From positions 1,260,001-1,292,000 of the forward strand of contig NC_017459.1 of assembly GCF_000237865.1 (NCBI RefSeq): a DNA stretch of 32,000 bases, read 5' to 3'. Position 1 is the stretch's first letter. Each line of letters opens with the position of its first letter. Positions 18,518-27,761 of the stretch are shown in pieces. Below the pieces are notes generated by a model. That model was not told the DNA's origin. It did no database searches and saw only the letters and a list, made by a program, of their open reading frames with translations. This DNA is from Haloquadratum walsbyi C23. GTDB taxonomy: Archaea > Halobacteriota > Halobacteria > Halobacteriales > Haloferacaceae. Made by a program: the position numbers and the translations under genes.

Positions 18518-19393
18518 ATGCATGCAGAGCCATTCGAGTATACTCGCGCCGATAGCGTCTCGCATGCTATCCGTCTGCTCGAGGAAATCGAGGATAGTCA
18601 GCCATTGGCTGGTGGGCAAGCACTAATTCCACTCTTGAAAAAGCGCAAAATCGCACCCGGGACGCTCATCGATATCAGTCATCTTGACGAACTGCATGGC
18701 ATAACGCGGACAGACTCAGGAGTTCGAATCGGTGCGCTTAGTACGCACAGAGAAATAACAAATTCCGACTTGCTTGCTCGTCTTGTGCCTGTACTCCCAG
18801 CGGCGATCTCGAAGATTAGTGGCGGAATACAGGTCCACAATGTCGCAACCATTGGTGGTAATATCGCGCGTGCACACCCAGCATACGATTATCCCGGAGC
18901 GTTGCGTGCATCCGAGGCGCGCATCCACATTGCTGGTCCAGACGGCGAGCAGATAGTCCCAGCAGCGGAGTTCTTTTGCGGTGCCTGCAAGACGTGCCTT
19001 GGGGAGTCACAGCTTGTGACAGCCGTTGAAATCGATAGCTGGAAACAAAAACGCTGTGGAGGATATGCAAAAAAGAAAGAGCCTGCATCAGGTGGCTCGG
19101 TTATTGGGATTGCGACCGATCTTTTATTTGAGGATGCAGACAGCAGTCGCGTCAGTGAAGCTCGAATCGCAGCAAACGGATTCCAAACGCATGCTGTGCG
19201 GATTACCGCTGCTGAGGAGGCTCTCCGAGGTTGCATAATTACCCCGGAAACAATTGAATCAACAGCAGATGCTGCTGGCAATGACATAGATACCGACGTA
19301 ATACTCGATAATAAAAAGGCATCTGCCGACTATCGGAAGGCTCTGCTTGGACCGTATGTCCGTCGCTCACTCGAAAAAGCAATCTCAAACTAG
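18518..19393 (+). CDS. xanthine-dehydrogenase-family FAD-binding medium subunit
   Basis: 291 aa with GGQALIPLLK and ATIGGNIA motifs (CoxM/XdhA FAD_binding_5 type). The start abuts the stop of the large subunit. Confidence 0.85.
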   Translation: MHAEPFEYTRADSVSHAIRLLEEIEDSQPLAGGQALIPLLKKRKIAPGTLIDISHLDELHGITRTDSGVRIGALSTHREITNSDLLARLVPVLPAAISKISGGIQVHNVATIGGNIARAHPAYDYPGALRASEARIHIAGPDGEQIVPAAEFFCGACKTCLGESQLVTAVEIDSWKQKRCGGYAKKKEPASGGSVIGIATDLLFEDADSSRVSEARIAANGFQTHAVRITAAEEALRGCIITPETIESTADAAGNDIDTDVILDNKKASADYRKALLGPYVRRSLEKAISN

Positions 19394-19467
19394 TTATCTC
19401 GAATTCATTAATTCGCTGTGATTCTTCATACAAATGGTTGGTAATTCGATTAGTGTTTATTTTGAAA

Positions 19468-20871
19468 TTAATCGTCTGCTACAGCGTCTGGAGCCTCATC
19501 ATCGGGTCGGAGACCGGGTGAGTACTCAGTTTCGCCGACGCCAACACTGCCACCGGGAAGAATGATATTCAACACCAGTGCTGCGATGCCACCAGTGACA
19601 AGAGCGGAGCCAAACAGTGTCTGAACCTCAGTCGGGAACTGCTGAAGCACTTCAGGTCGAAACGCTACACCGAGTCCAAGTGCCATCGAGAGCGCGAGAA
19701 TAGTTGAATTTCGCTGATTGAGTGTCACGTTCTGGTTGATGATGCGTGCTCCAGAAGAAAATATCATTGCGAACAAGATCAAAGCACCACCACCAAGCAC
19801 CGCATCAGGCATCGCCGAAACAACGGCACCGACTTTTGGAACGAAGCCAAGCGCTAACAAAACCACGCCACCGATACCGGCTACGTACCGACTTGCAACA
19901 CCGGTAAAATTCACGAGACCGACATTCTGGGAGTATGATGTATTTGGCATTGCATTGAATATCGCACCGAAGATACTCATCACACCATCAGCCATGAGTC
20001 CGCCTCGGAATTCCTTCTCATCAGCATCACGACCAACTGCTGACACTGTCCCGGAGATATCTCCGATCGTCTCGACGCCAGTAATGATATAAAGAAACGC
20101 AACGGTGAGTATCGCGCTTGGTTCGAATGTAAGTCCATATTTCAATGGAATTGGCACAGTAAACCATCCTGCGCTTGCAACAGCAGAGAAATCAACGACT
20201 CCAACGGCAAGTGCTGCGACGTACCCAACGGCGATACCGGCGAAGACACTGATGACGCGGACAAATCCACTGAAAAACTGGTTGAGTGCGACTGTTACAA
20301 CGAGCACAAGCCCTGCCAGCCCAAGATTGAGTAATGACCCATAGCTTTCGACTGATGGTCCTGCTGAGGCACCGGCTGCGTAGTTCATTCCTGTCGGGAT
20401 CAGAGTGAGCCCAATAAGCATCACGACGATACCGGTTACCAGCGGTGGGAAATAGCTTCGAAATCGATCGAGTGAGAACGCCATTCCTATTTCGACCGGC
20501 GCTGCGACCAACGCAGCACCGAAGACCGCGGCGATACCGAACTGATTGCCAATTCCAATTAGCGGTCCCAAAAAAGCAAAACTCGTCCCCATGACAATGG
20601 GTAATCGTGCACCGACTGGACCAATCGGGAATGCCTGGATGATTGTTCCGACTCCGGCGACGATAAGTGCCATCTGAACGAGAAAGGTCGTTTGACCGGT
20701 AACCGAACCAACTGCACCCGCAAGAATCAATGGTGGCGCAACGTTACCTAAGAACATTGCAAGGACGTGTTGAATCCCAAGTGGGAGTGCCTCTCCTAAC
20801 GGTGGGCGGTCCTCAATGCCGTACTGTACGACCGAACTACCCCCGTCACTAGCCACTTCTTCTTTTCCCAT
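19468..20871 (-). CDS. NCS2/NAT family xanthine-uric acid permease
   Basis: 467-aa polytopic protein carrying the NAT signature QNVGLVNFTG. It has an acidic C-terminal tail. Confidence 0.9.
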   Translation of the reverse strand: MGKEEVASDGGSSVVQYGIEDRPPLGEALPLGIQHVLAMFLGNVAPPLILAGAVGSVTGQTTFLVQMALIVAGVGTIIQAFPIGPVGARLPIVMGTSFAFLGPLIGIGNQFGIAAVFGAALVAAPVEIGMAFSLDRFRSYFPPLVTGIVVMLIGLTLIPTGMNYAAGASAGPSVESYGSLLNLGLAGLVLVVTVALNQFFSGFVRVISVFAGIAVGYVAALAVGVVDFSAVASAGWFTVPIPLKYGLTFEPSAILTVAFLYIITGVETIGDISGTVSAVGRDADEKEFRGGLMADGVMSIFGAIFNAMPNTSYSQNVGLVNFTGVASRYVAGIGGVVLLALGFVPKVGAVVSAMPDAVLGGGALILFAMIFSSGARIINQNVTLNQRNSTILALSMALGLGVAFRPEVLQQFPTEVQTLFGSALVTGGIAALVLNIILPGGSVGVGETEYSPGLRPDDEAPDAVADD

Positions 20872-21045
20872 ACAAAATCTGAAATATACAGATATATCAA
20901 TCCACCCAATATATACCTTATATTCGATAAATGTATGGTTTGATAGCTATATTATTGATATCAATCAAATAAAGTTGCGTTTTTTAATCTATATGTGAAT
21001 TTAATACGAAGAAACTGCTGAAATAAAAATATCTATAATCCGAAG

Positions 21046-21054
21046 TTTAAATAA
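21046..21054 (+). promoter_or_regulatory. candidate TATA box for the OHCU decarboxylase gene
   Basis: TTTAAATAA is centred about 28 bp upstream of ATG 21078. Confidence 0.3.
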
Positions 21055-21077
21055 TCAGAGTTACATATTTACACAAG

Positions 21078-21581
21078 ATGAAACATAAAAGTATTGAGGA
21101 ATTAAATAATTCTGAGAAAAATGAGTTTGTCGAACTGCTGAGTGATGTATATGAGGAATCTGCGTGGGTTGCAGAACAGGTTCACTCAAAGCGACCGTTT
21201 TCATCGGTCCAAGCGCTGAATGATGCGATGCGGGACACGGTTGACAGCGCATCCCGGGATACACAATTGGAACTGCTCAGGGCTCACCCTGACCTTGGTG
21301 AGCAGACCGAAATGACGGATGCTTCAGAGACCGAGCAGGCTTCTGCTGGGCTCACCGATCTAAGCCCAGCGCAGTACGATACGTTTCAGCAATTAAACAA
21401 CCAGTATCGCGAGAAGTTCGGGTTTCCCTTCATCATGGCTGTTAAAAATAAGTCGCCCGAGGCGATACAGACCACAATGGAGGATCGAGTCGAACACGAG
21501 AGAGACCAGGAGTTTGAAACTGCACTCAGTCAGGTGCATGAAATCGCAAAGCTCCGTCTTCAGGAGTTATTCGCGCCGTAG
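21078..21581 (+). CDS. uraD: 2-oxo-4-hydroxy-4-carboxy-5-ureidoimidazoline (OHCU) decarboxylase
   Basis: 167 aa. The helical family motifs LLRAHPDLGE and FGFPFIMAV are typical of OHCU decarboxylases. It lies adjacent to the uricase/HIUase genes. Confidence 0.85.
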   Translation: MKHKSIEELNNSEKNEFVELLSDVYEESAWVAEQVHSKRPFSSVQALNDAMRDTVDSASRDTQLELLRAHPDLGEQTEMTDASETEQASAGLTDLSPAQYDTFQQLNNQYREKFGFPFIMAVKNKSPEAIQTTMEDRVEHERDQEFETALSQVHEIAKLRLQELFAP

Positions 21582-21807
21582 CATTTTCTTGAATCATAAC
21601 GGTAGCTATGAGATATCTATTTTGAATATCGTATTGAAAAACAAGATATATTGCACGTTGGTTCGAGAGTTAGAACTGGAAAATGATAATTGACAACGTG
21701 AGCGATGAAAAAGTAAAACAATCATTGAATTGCATGTTCCGACAGCAATGTGGAGATATTATTGAGCGATGATCAGCGACGAGAACTCCTCTACTGACGA
21801 CCGGACA

Positions 21808-22737
21808 ATGAACTACGGGAAAGAGAACGTCTCAGTCTACCGAACGTATGCAACACCACTGAAAGGTGTGCGCACAATACCGGAATCTACGTTTGACGGT
21901 CGAGAGAATATTCTATTTGGGGCAGATATCCGAATGCAGGTAGAAGGCGAGGACTTTCTGCCATCATTCAGTGACGGTGACAACAGCATGGTAGTGGCAA
22001 CTGACTCGATGAAGAACTTCATCTATCATCATATGGGCGAGTATGACGGTGCGACTCTCGAGGGGTTGCTTGAATACATTGGGTCAGAAATACTTGATAC
22101 ATACTCACAGATGGAGGCTGTGACCATGTCAGCCGACCAACTCCCATTCGATAAAACGGAGGTTCCAGATGACGGAGAGTTCACTCCAAGTGAGTTGGTA
22201 TTTGGCGTTTCAGATAGTCCATCAGGCTATGCTGAACTCCGTATTGATGAAACAAATGCCGGAATAACAATTACTGAACATACAAGCGGTGTCACCGGAA
22301 TCGAACTGGTGAAGGTCAAAGATAATTCATTCACTGGATATGTTCAAGACGAGTATACAACGCTACCAGAACGAGAAAACCGCACATTGTATGTTGGTCT
22401 CGATATTTTCTGGACATACGACAACGCGGAGACCGCCCTTGGTTCGGATCCTGAAGCATACGTCCCAGCCGAGCAGGTGAGTGATATCGTTCAAGTTGTC
22501 TTTGATGACATGGATGTCAACTCGATTCAAGAACTGATCTATCAAATTGGACAACGAATCCTCAAACGGTTCTCCCAGCTCAATTCAGTGCGCTTTGAGG
22601 CCAACAATCGGACGTGGATTGGTGTGCGTGATGATGATCTTGATGACGATGGTAAGGTGCTCCGAGAACCACCCGCTCCAACCGGGTTTCAACAGTTCTC
22701 GATGGATCGAAGTGATCTTGAGAGGAGCGAAAAATGA
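21808..22737 (+). CDS. uox: urate oxidase (cofactor-independent uricase)
   Basis: It has YGKENVSVYRT at the N-terminus (from ATG 21808; the track start 21769 adds 13 aa) and the uricase signature region DNSMVVATDSMKNFIY. Confidence 0.9.
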   Translation: MNYGKENVSVYRTYATPLKGVRTIPESTFDGRENILFGADIRMQVEGEDFLPSFSDGDNSMVVATDSMKNFIYHHMGEYDGATLEGLLEYIGSEILDTYSQMEAVTMSADQLPFDKTEVPDDGEFTPSELVFGVSDSPSGYAELRIDETNAGITITEHTSGVTGIELVKVKDNSFTGYVQDEYTTLPERENRTLYVGLDIFWTYDNAETALGSDPEAYVPAEQVSDIVQVVFDDMDVNSIQELIYQIGQRILKRFSQLNSVRFEANNRTWIGVRDDDLDDDGKVLREPPAPTGFQQFSMDRSDLERSEK

Positions 22738-23078
22738 GTGCTGGGCTGACAACACATGTCCTCGATACCAGTCGAGAGGGTCCCGCAGAAGGTGTTTCTG
22801 TGACGCTCCAACGGCTTGAGGAGGATTCCGAGACGATTGCATCAGGCATCACCAATGACGATGGACGACTTGAGGAACCATTATTAGGTCCCGAAGAGAT
22901 TGAGCCTGGAACCTATGAACTCGTGTTTGATGTTGGGACGTATTATGAAGAGAAACCACTTGGAAGCACCTTCCTCGGAGAGGTCCCAGTCCGGTTCACA
23001 ATCGATAACGCAGACGAACATTACCATGTTCCATTATTACTGTCACCGGGTGGATACACGACTTACCGAGGGAGCTAA
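22734..23078 (+). CDS. uraH: 5-hydroxyisourate hydrolase (transthyretin-like)
   Basis: 114 aa. It has LTTHVLDT at the N-terminus and the diagnostic C-terminal YRGS. The start overlaps the uricase stop (ATGA). Confidence 0.9.
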   Translation: MSAGLTTHVLDTSREGPAEGVSVTLQRLEEDSETIASGITNDDGRLEEPLLGPEEIEPGTYELVFDVGTYYEEKPLGSTFLGEVPVRFTIDNADEHYHVPLLLSPGGYTTYRGS

Positions 23079-23097
23079 CATCGCTGTTGAAATAATT

Positions 23098-23121
23098 AAC
23101 CGGTCTGTGGCTTCCGGTTTT
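23098..23121 (+). terminator. stem-loop plus T-tract downstream of uox-uraH
   Basis: AACCGG-N10-CCGGTT is followed by TT(G)TT, 20 bp after the HIU hydrolase stop. It lies in a convergent spacer. Confidence 0.35.
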
Positions 23122-23195
23122 GTTAACGAATAGTCGTACAGATAGTCGAGGTGACTGTCCTGGTGTGAGCTTACCGTCCATGGCTATTGAGGTAT

Positions 23196-24458
23196 TCACT
23201 CTGCACCGGCAAGTTTAGCCACTGCGTTGGTCAAGACCTGCGTTGCAAAGGCACAGTCTAACCAATCCGTATGTTCAAGAGGACTATGAGAATGACCGCC
23301 ACGAGATCGAGCGAAAAGCATTCCAGCGTCAGTGACATCAGCGACTTGCATCGTATCATGACCTGCACCCGAGGAAAGTGTGGGTGGCGCTATATCCAAT
23401 CGCTCGGAACCATCTCGTAACGCGTTGCGGACCCGCTCTGTCATCGGTTGCGGAGGAATGCTATACGGCGTTTTGATTGAAACCGACAGACCTCTGTCTT
23501 TTCGAATTGATTCACAAGTGTCCTTGATCGTTTGCAGTATCCGATCGATTGAGGAGTGTTTCACATCTCGAATATCTATATCTAGTGTCGCAGTCCCAGG
23601 AATGACATTTATTGCGCCTGGTTCAACATTGAGCGACCCGACGGTCGCAACAGCTGAGTTGCTTTCATGATTTGCGATGTCTTGTGCTTCAGACTCAATC
23701 GTCAGAATGAGTTCGCTTGCTGCAGCGAGTGCGTCGTTTCGGTCATGCATTGGCGTGGTCCCGGCGTGGTTTGCTTCACCCTCAATATGGATATGACATC
23801 GTGTTGTTCCAGTAATTCGGGATACCACGCCGACCGGCTCCTCGGCGCGCTCTAATAGCATCCCCTGTTCGATGTGTAATTCAATCCATGAATCCCATTT
23901 GCTGGCGTCAATTCGCCCCTCACCGCGGAATCCAATATCTTCTAATGCCGCTTCAAGGGTTATCTCACCATCACTGAGCGAGAGTGCATCCTCAACGGAT
24001 CGTTTGCCTGTTGCGACTGAGGAGCCTAGGACTCCATCTGCGAATCGTGTTCCTTCCTCACCAGTGAAACAGACGACCTCTATCGGGCGGTCAACCGTCT
24101 GAGTGCCCCGTTTAAGAGTGCGAACTGCTTCCAGCGCAGCGTAGACACCGAGTGGTCCGTCGAATATCCCACCCTCAGGAACGGAGTCGAGATGACTGCC
24201 TGCGGCAACTGGGTCAGCAGAGTCATCACATTCTGGCGGTGACCAGCGCCCGGTAATATTACCAACGGCATCGACTGATACATCAAGTCCGGCGGTAACC
24301 AGCTGATCAACAAAGTAATTACGAGCAGCAAAATTCGCTGGCGTCCCAGTGAGCACGGTGCGCCCAATACCGTCATCGGTATCAACCATCCCGAAATTAG
24401 CCGACCGTTCAAGATCATTTTGCACGGCCTTTCGATCTATCTCTAATTCGTTATTCAT
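23196..24458 (-). CDS. M20-family amidohydrolase of the allantoate amidohydrolase / N-carbamoyl-amino-acid hydrolase type
   Basis: 420 aa. The motif AGSHLDSVPEGGIFDGPLGV is typical of AllC/AmaB-type Zn/Mn peptidase-M20 enzymes. Context favours allantoate amidohydrolase. Confidence 0.8.
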   Translation of the reverse strand: MNNELEIDRKAVQNDLERSANFGMVDTDDGIGRTVLTGTPANFAARNYFVDQLVTAGLDVSVDAVGNITGRWSPPECDDSADPVAAGSHLDSVPEGGIFDGPLGVYAALEAVRTLKRGTQTVDRPIEVVCFTGEEGTRFADGVLGSSVATGKRSVEDALSLSDGEITLEAALEDIGFRGEGRIDASKWDSWIELHIEQGMLLERAEEPVGVVSRITGTTRCHIHIEGEANHAGTTPMHDRNDALAAASELILTIESEAQDIANHESNSAVATVGSLNVEPGAINVIPGTATLDIDIRDVKHSSIDRILQTIKDTCESIRKDRGLSVSIKTPYSIPPQPMTERVRNALRDGSERLDIAPPTLSSGAGHDTMQVADVTDAGMLFARSRGGHSHSPLEHTDWLDCAFATQVLTNAVAKLAGAE

Positions 24459-24951
24459 CTCTTCCTCCGTGAGGATGAAATGTGAAATCTTGTATTCTAC
24501 GCCGTGATATATCCATAATCATACTGCATACATCCGATTTCGTCCATTAGTTTGTATTTACATGGTCACAATTTAATGCTTTTGAAAGCCTATCTTAACA
24601 ACAAACAACCCTCATAGTAATCAGTAATACAAGATATCCAAGGTCTGCTACCATGCCTTCGAGCGTAGAGACGGTTGGTCACATCATTCTGGTATATGAA
24701 AGAACTCGTATTCTAAGGAAAATAATCACACGCTCTTCAGCATCAAATTGAATTTGATATCCACCGAAATTCCGTCTACGAATATAACTTTGATCTGGTC
24801 AATCGGTGTTCACATATGCTGTCATCGAAACAGAATTCAAAAAACTCCTCAAATGAAGATGAGGGATAACTCAACGGTTTCAAGATATCGACTGCAATGA
24901 CACCAATACGAGCAGATGACTTATGTATGAGACCACATTCTAGCAAAACTG

Positions 24952-26286
24952 ATGAAATTATCTGGAGATATCGTTCAAAATTCTTCGAGAATAATACCGG
25001 ATGGGGCGGTTGTCGTCGAAGATACTGAAATCATTGCAGTTGGTGATCGGGAGCATATATGTGAGCAGTATCCAGACCACCCTGAACAGCACTACGATAT
25101 TATTATGCCAGGTATGGTTGGCGGTCATATTCATTCTGTCCAGAGTCTCGGTCGTGGTATCTCCGATGACACAGAGCTTATCGATTGGTTGTACGACTAC
25201 ATACTACCGATGGAAGCCACATTGACTGCTGATGAGATGGAAATCGCCGCTAAACTTGGCTATCTCGAATTGATTGAAACAGGAACCACAACGGCGATTG
25301 ACCACCTTTCGGTCGCCCATGCTGAGCAGGCGTTTGAGGCTGCTGGCGAAATGGGAATCCGTGGCGTGCTGGGTAAGGTATTGATGGACCAGCGATCACC
25401 AGATGGACTGATTGAGGAGACACAGGATGCGCTTGCTGAAACAGAACAACTGATTCAAAAGTACCACCGAAGTCATGATGATCGTATCCGTTATGCTGTG
25501 ACGCCACGGTTTGCCGTCTCCTGCACAGAAGAATGTCTTCGTCGGACGAGAGAGTTGGCAGATGCGTATGACGGTGTCCGTATTCATACCCATGCAAGCG
25601 AAAATCAAAATGAGATCAAGACCGTCGAAGCGGACACGGGGCACCGCAATATTCACTGGCTTGATGAGGTCGGGCTTACGGGTGAGGATGTTGTTCTTGC
25701 ACACTGTGTCTGGACGAATGAGTCTGAGCGCGAGTTACTCGCAGAGACCGGGACCCACGTCACTCACTGCCCCTCATCGAATATGAAACTCGCAAGTGGG
25801 ATCGCTCCTGTCGTCGATTATCTCGATAAGGGAATTAACATCGCGCTTGGAAACGACGGTCCGCCATGTAACAATACGCTTGACCCATTTACCGAGATGA
25901 AACAAGCAAGCGTGTTACAGAAGGTCGATAACTTAGACCCAACTGTGGCAGCGATGGAAGATATCTTTGAAATGGCGACAATTAACGGTGCAAAAGCCGC
26001 TGGATTTGACCGGCTTGGAGAGCTCAAACCAGGCTGGCGGGCTGATATCATCGGACTGTCCACGGATACCACACGAGGAACACCACTGTACGATGTTCTC
26101 TCATATCTTGTATTTGCCGCACGCGGTAATGATGTCAAATTTACGATGGTCGATGGTAACATACTGATGGAAAACGGAACGGTCACTATCGCCGACGCTG
26201 ATTCGATTCGTCAATCAGCCACAGAGGTTGCCGAGTCGCTTGATATATCTGATGCACGAGCTGACGCGCAGGACCAGAAACCATGA
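24952..26286 (+). CDS. TRZ/ATZ-type amidohydrolase (deaminase family; substrate unknown), paralog of 7997-9418
   Basis: 444 aa. It has MPGMVGGHIHSVQSLGRGISDDTELIDWLYDYILP, then HASE, HCV and ALGNDG motifs of the guanine/MTA-deaminase-like branch. Confidence 0.8.
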   Translation: MKLSGDIVQNSSRIIPDGAVVVEDTEIIAVGDREHICEQYPDHPEQHYDIIMPGMVGGHIHSVQSLGRGISDDTELIDWLYDYILPMEATLTADEMEIAAKLGYLELIETGTTTAIDHLSVAHAEQAFEAAGEMGIRGVLGKVLMDQRSPDGLIEETQDALAETEQLIQKYHRSHDDRIRYAVTPRFAVSCTEECLRRTRELADAYDGVRIHTHASENQNEIKTVEADTGHRNIHWLDEVGLTGEDVVLAHCVWTNESERELLAETGTHVTHCPSSNMKLASGIAPVVDYLDKGINIALGNDGPPCNNTLDPFTEMKQASVLQKVDNLDPTVAAMEDIFEMATINGAKAAGFDRLGELKPGWRADIIGLSTDTTRGTPLYDVLSYLVFAARGNDVKFTMVDGNILMENGTVTIADADSIRQSATEVAESLDISDARADAQDQKP

Positions 26287-26381
26287 TTGGTAATAATAAT
26301 GAGAGCAGGGCACTGTTATTTATGTATAACTGAACTCTCAGTCGTCTCGACGCTTCTGATGTTCAGCCCACCGTATCAACA

Positions 26382-27761
26382 TCACTTCTCCCAATTGGGC
26401 GGGACTCGATTTAGCTGTTTTCCATACCCGCTTTCACCGACAACCGTCCCGTCAATTGCAATACATTCACCCCGAAGGTATGTCGCGTCGACCCTTCCGG
26501 TTACTTCTTTTTCTTCATAGATTGAAAAATCAGCTCGCGAAGCATTATCGGTTGCATCGATTGTTTGAGTCGCGTCTGGATCAAAAAGCACAAAATCAGC
26601 ATCAGTGCCCGGCTCGAGCGTCCCCTTATCAACAAGACCGAAGATACGAGCTGGATTCGAACACATCAATCGGACGAGATCTGGATACGACAGATCTCGT
26701 TGGACGACTGCCTCGTCGTGGAACACCGGAAGTGAGCGCTGAAGTCCGTTTGCTCCGTATTCTGAGTCCCACCAGTTGTCCGCTTGCTTATCCTCGCGCG
26801 TGAATGCGACGTGGTCGGTCGAAACAACATCAAGAGTCCCACTCTGTAGATGCTTGAACATCGCCTCGATGTCATCGGGTGTTCGAAGCGGCGGTGCAAT
26901 CATTGGTAATAACCCCTGTTCGGCATATCGGCTTCTATCGAGAGTGGTGTAGTGAACGCATGTTTCGCCACGAATCTGAGACTTATCAGTTTGGGCTGCG
27001 GCGAGCACCTCAACGGCTGCCTGACAAGATGTATGAATGCCGTAATACTTGTTACCCACTGCTTGTGCCATTCGGACGGCGTCGTCCGCAGCCATCGCTT
27101 CTGCGTGGTCTGGTCGGGACTCTGGGTACGCTGTCGGCTCCCCACGCCCGGTGTTGCGCATCGTCGCTTCCCGTGTTGAGCAGATGGTATCATCTTCAGT
27201 GTGAAGCACGGCGACACTATCAGTCGCTTCGATCTCCTCGAAGACACGCTCGATGAACCCATTTGAGAGTCCAAAGTCGTAAGTTGTGAACATTTTGAAC
27301 GAGACGATACCAGATTCCACAAGATCTTCAATCTCATCAAGGACCGCTGGGTCGTCTCGACCAATTGTCCCGTGAACACTGTAATCGACGAGTGAGGACG
27401 TTGCGGCGTCAAACTGACGTTCAACCGCATCGTGAAGTGTGCGATCACTTGCCCATGGTGGTCCCAGTTCGTCCCATGCCTGCCAGGCGAAGGTGATGAT
27501 GCTCGTTACGCCCCCGAGGGCTGCGGCCCGACTTCCGGTCTCATAGGAATCGATGGTGTTTGGACCCTCAATATGGACATGTGGATCAACAATCCCGGGA
27601 AGCACCAATCGGTCAGATGCGTCGACAGTAGCGTTAGCATCGACATGTGTTCCATGTGCGACCATCCCAACGATACTTCCCTGATTGACAAGAAGGTCAG
27701 CTTCTATAGTGTTCTTAGTTGTTACCAGTGTCCCGTTTTTGACGAGTAAATCAACGTTCAT
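26382..27761 (-). CDS. cyclic amidohydrolase (allantoinase / dihydropyrimidinase / hydantoinase family)
   Basis: 459 aa from ATG 27761 (the track start 27791 adds 10 aa). It has PGIVDPHVHIEGP, a carbamyl-lysine context (VSFKMF), LHTED, APPLRTP and VSTDH motifs. Context suggests allantoinase activity. Confidence 0.8.
   Translation of the reverse strand: MNVDLLVKNGTLVTTKNTIEADLLVNQGSIVGMVAHGTHVDANATVDASDRLVLPGIVDPHVHIEGPNTIDSYETGSRAAALGGVTSIITFAWQAWDELGPPWASDRTLHDAVERQFDAATSSLVDYSVHGTIGRDDPAVLDEIEDLVESGIVSFKMFTTYDFGLSNGFIERVFEEIEATDSVAVLHTEDDTICSTREATMRNTGRGEPTAYPESRPDHAEAMAADDAVRMAQAVGNKYYGIHTSCQAAVEVLAAAQTDKSQIRGETCVHYTTLDRSRYAEQGLLPMIAPPLRTPDDIEAMFKHLQSGTLDVVSTDHVAFTREDKQADNWWDSEYGANGLQRSLPVFHDEAVVQRDLSYPDLVRLMCSNPARIFGLVDKGTLEPGTDADFVLFDPDATQTIDATDNASRADFSIYEEKEVTGRVDATYLRGECIAIDGTVVGESGYGKQLNRVPPNWEK

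Noticed and set aside
16202-19433. Many 60-130-aa ORFs on both strands inside the xdh-like genes
   Set aside because: All overlap the three well-supported subunit genes in other frames, and none has a recognisable motif or acidic composition.
9824-24562. Recurrent heptamer ATTTACA close to starts of cluster genes (9824-9830, 15611-15617, 21067-21073, 24556-24562, and reverse at 15138-15144) as a possible regulon motif
   Set aside because: Distances to the start codons are inconsistent (about 5 to 390 bp). One copy is simply part of a TATA-like box. My rough expectation in this much AT-rich DNA is 1-2 chance copies, so the enrichment is weak and needs a proper motif statistic.
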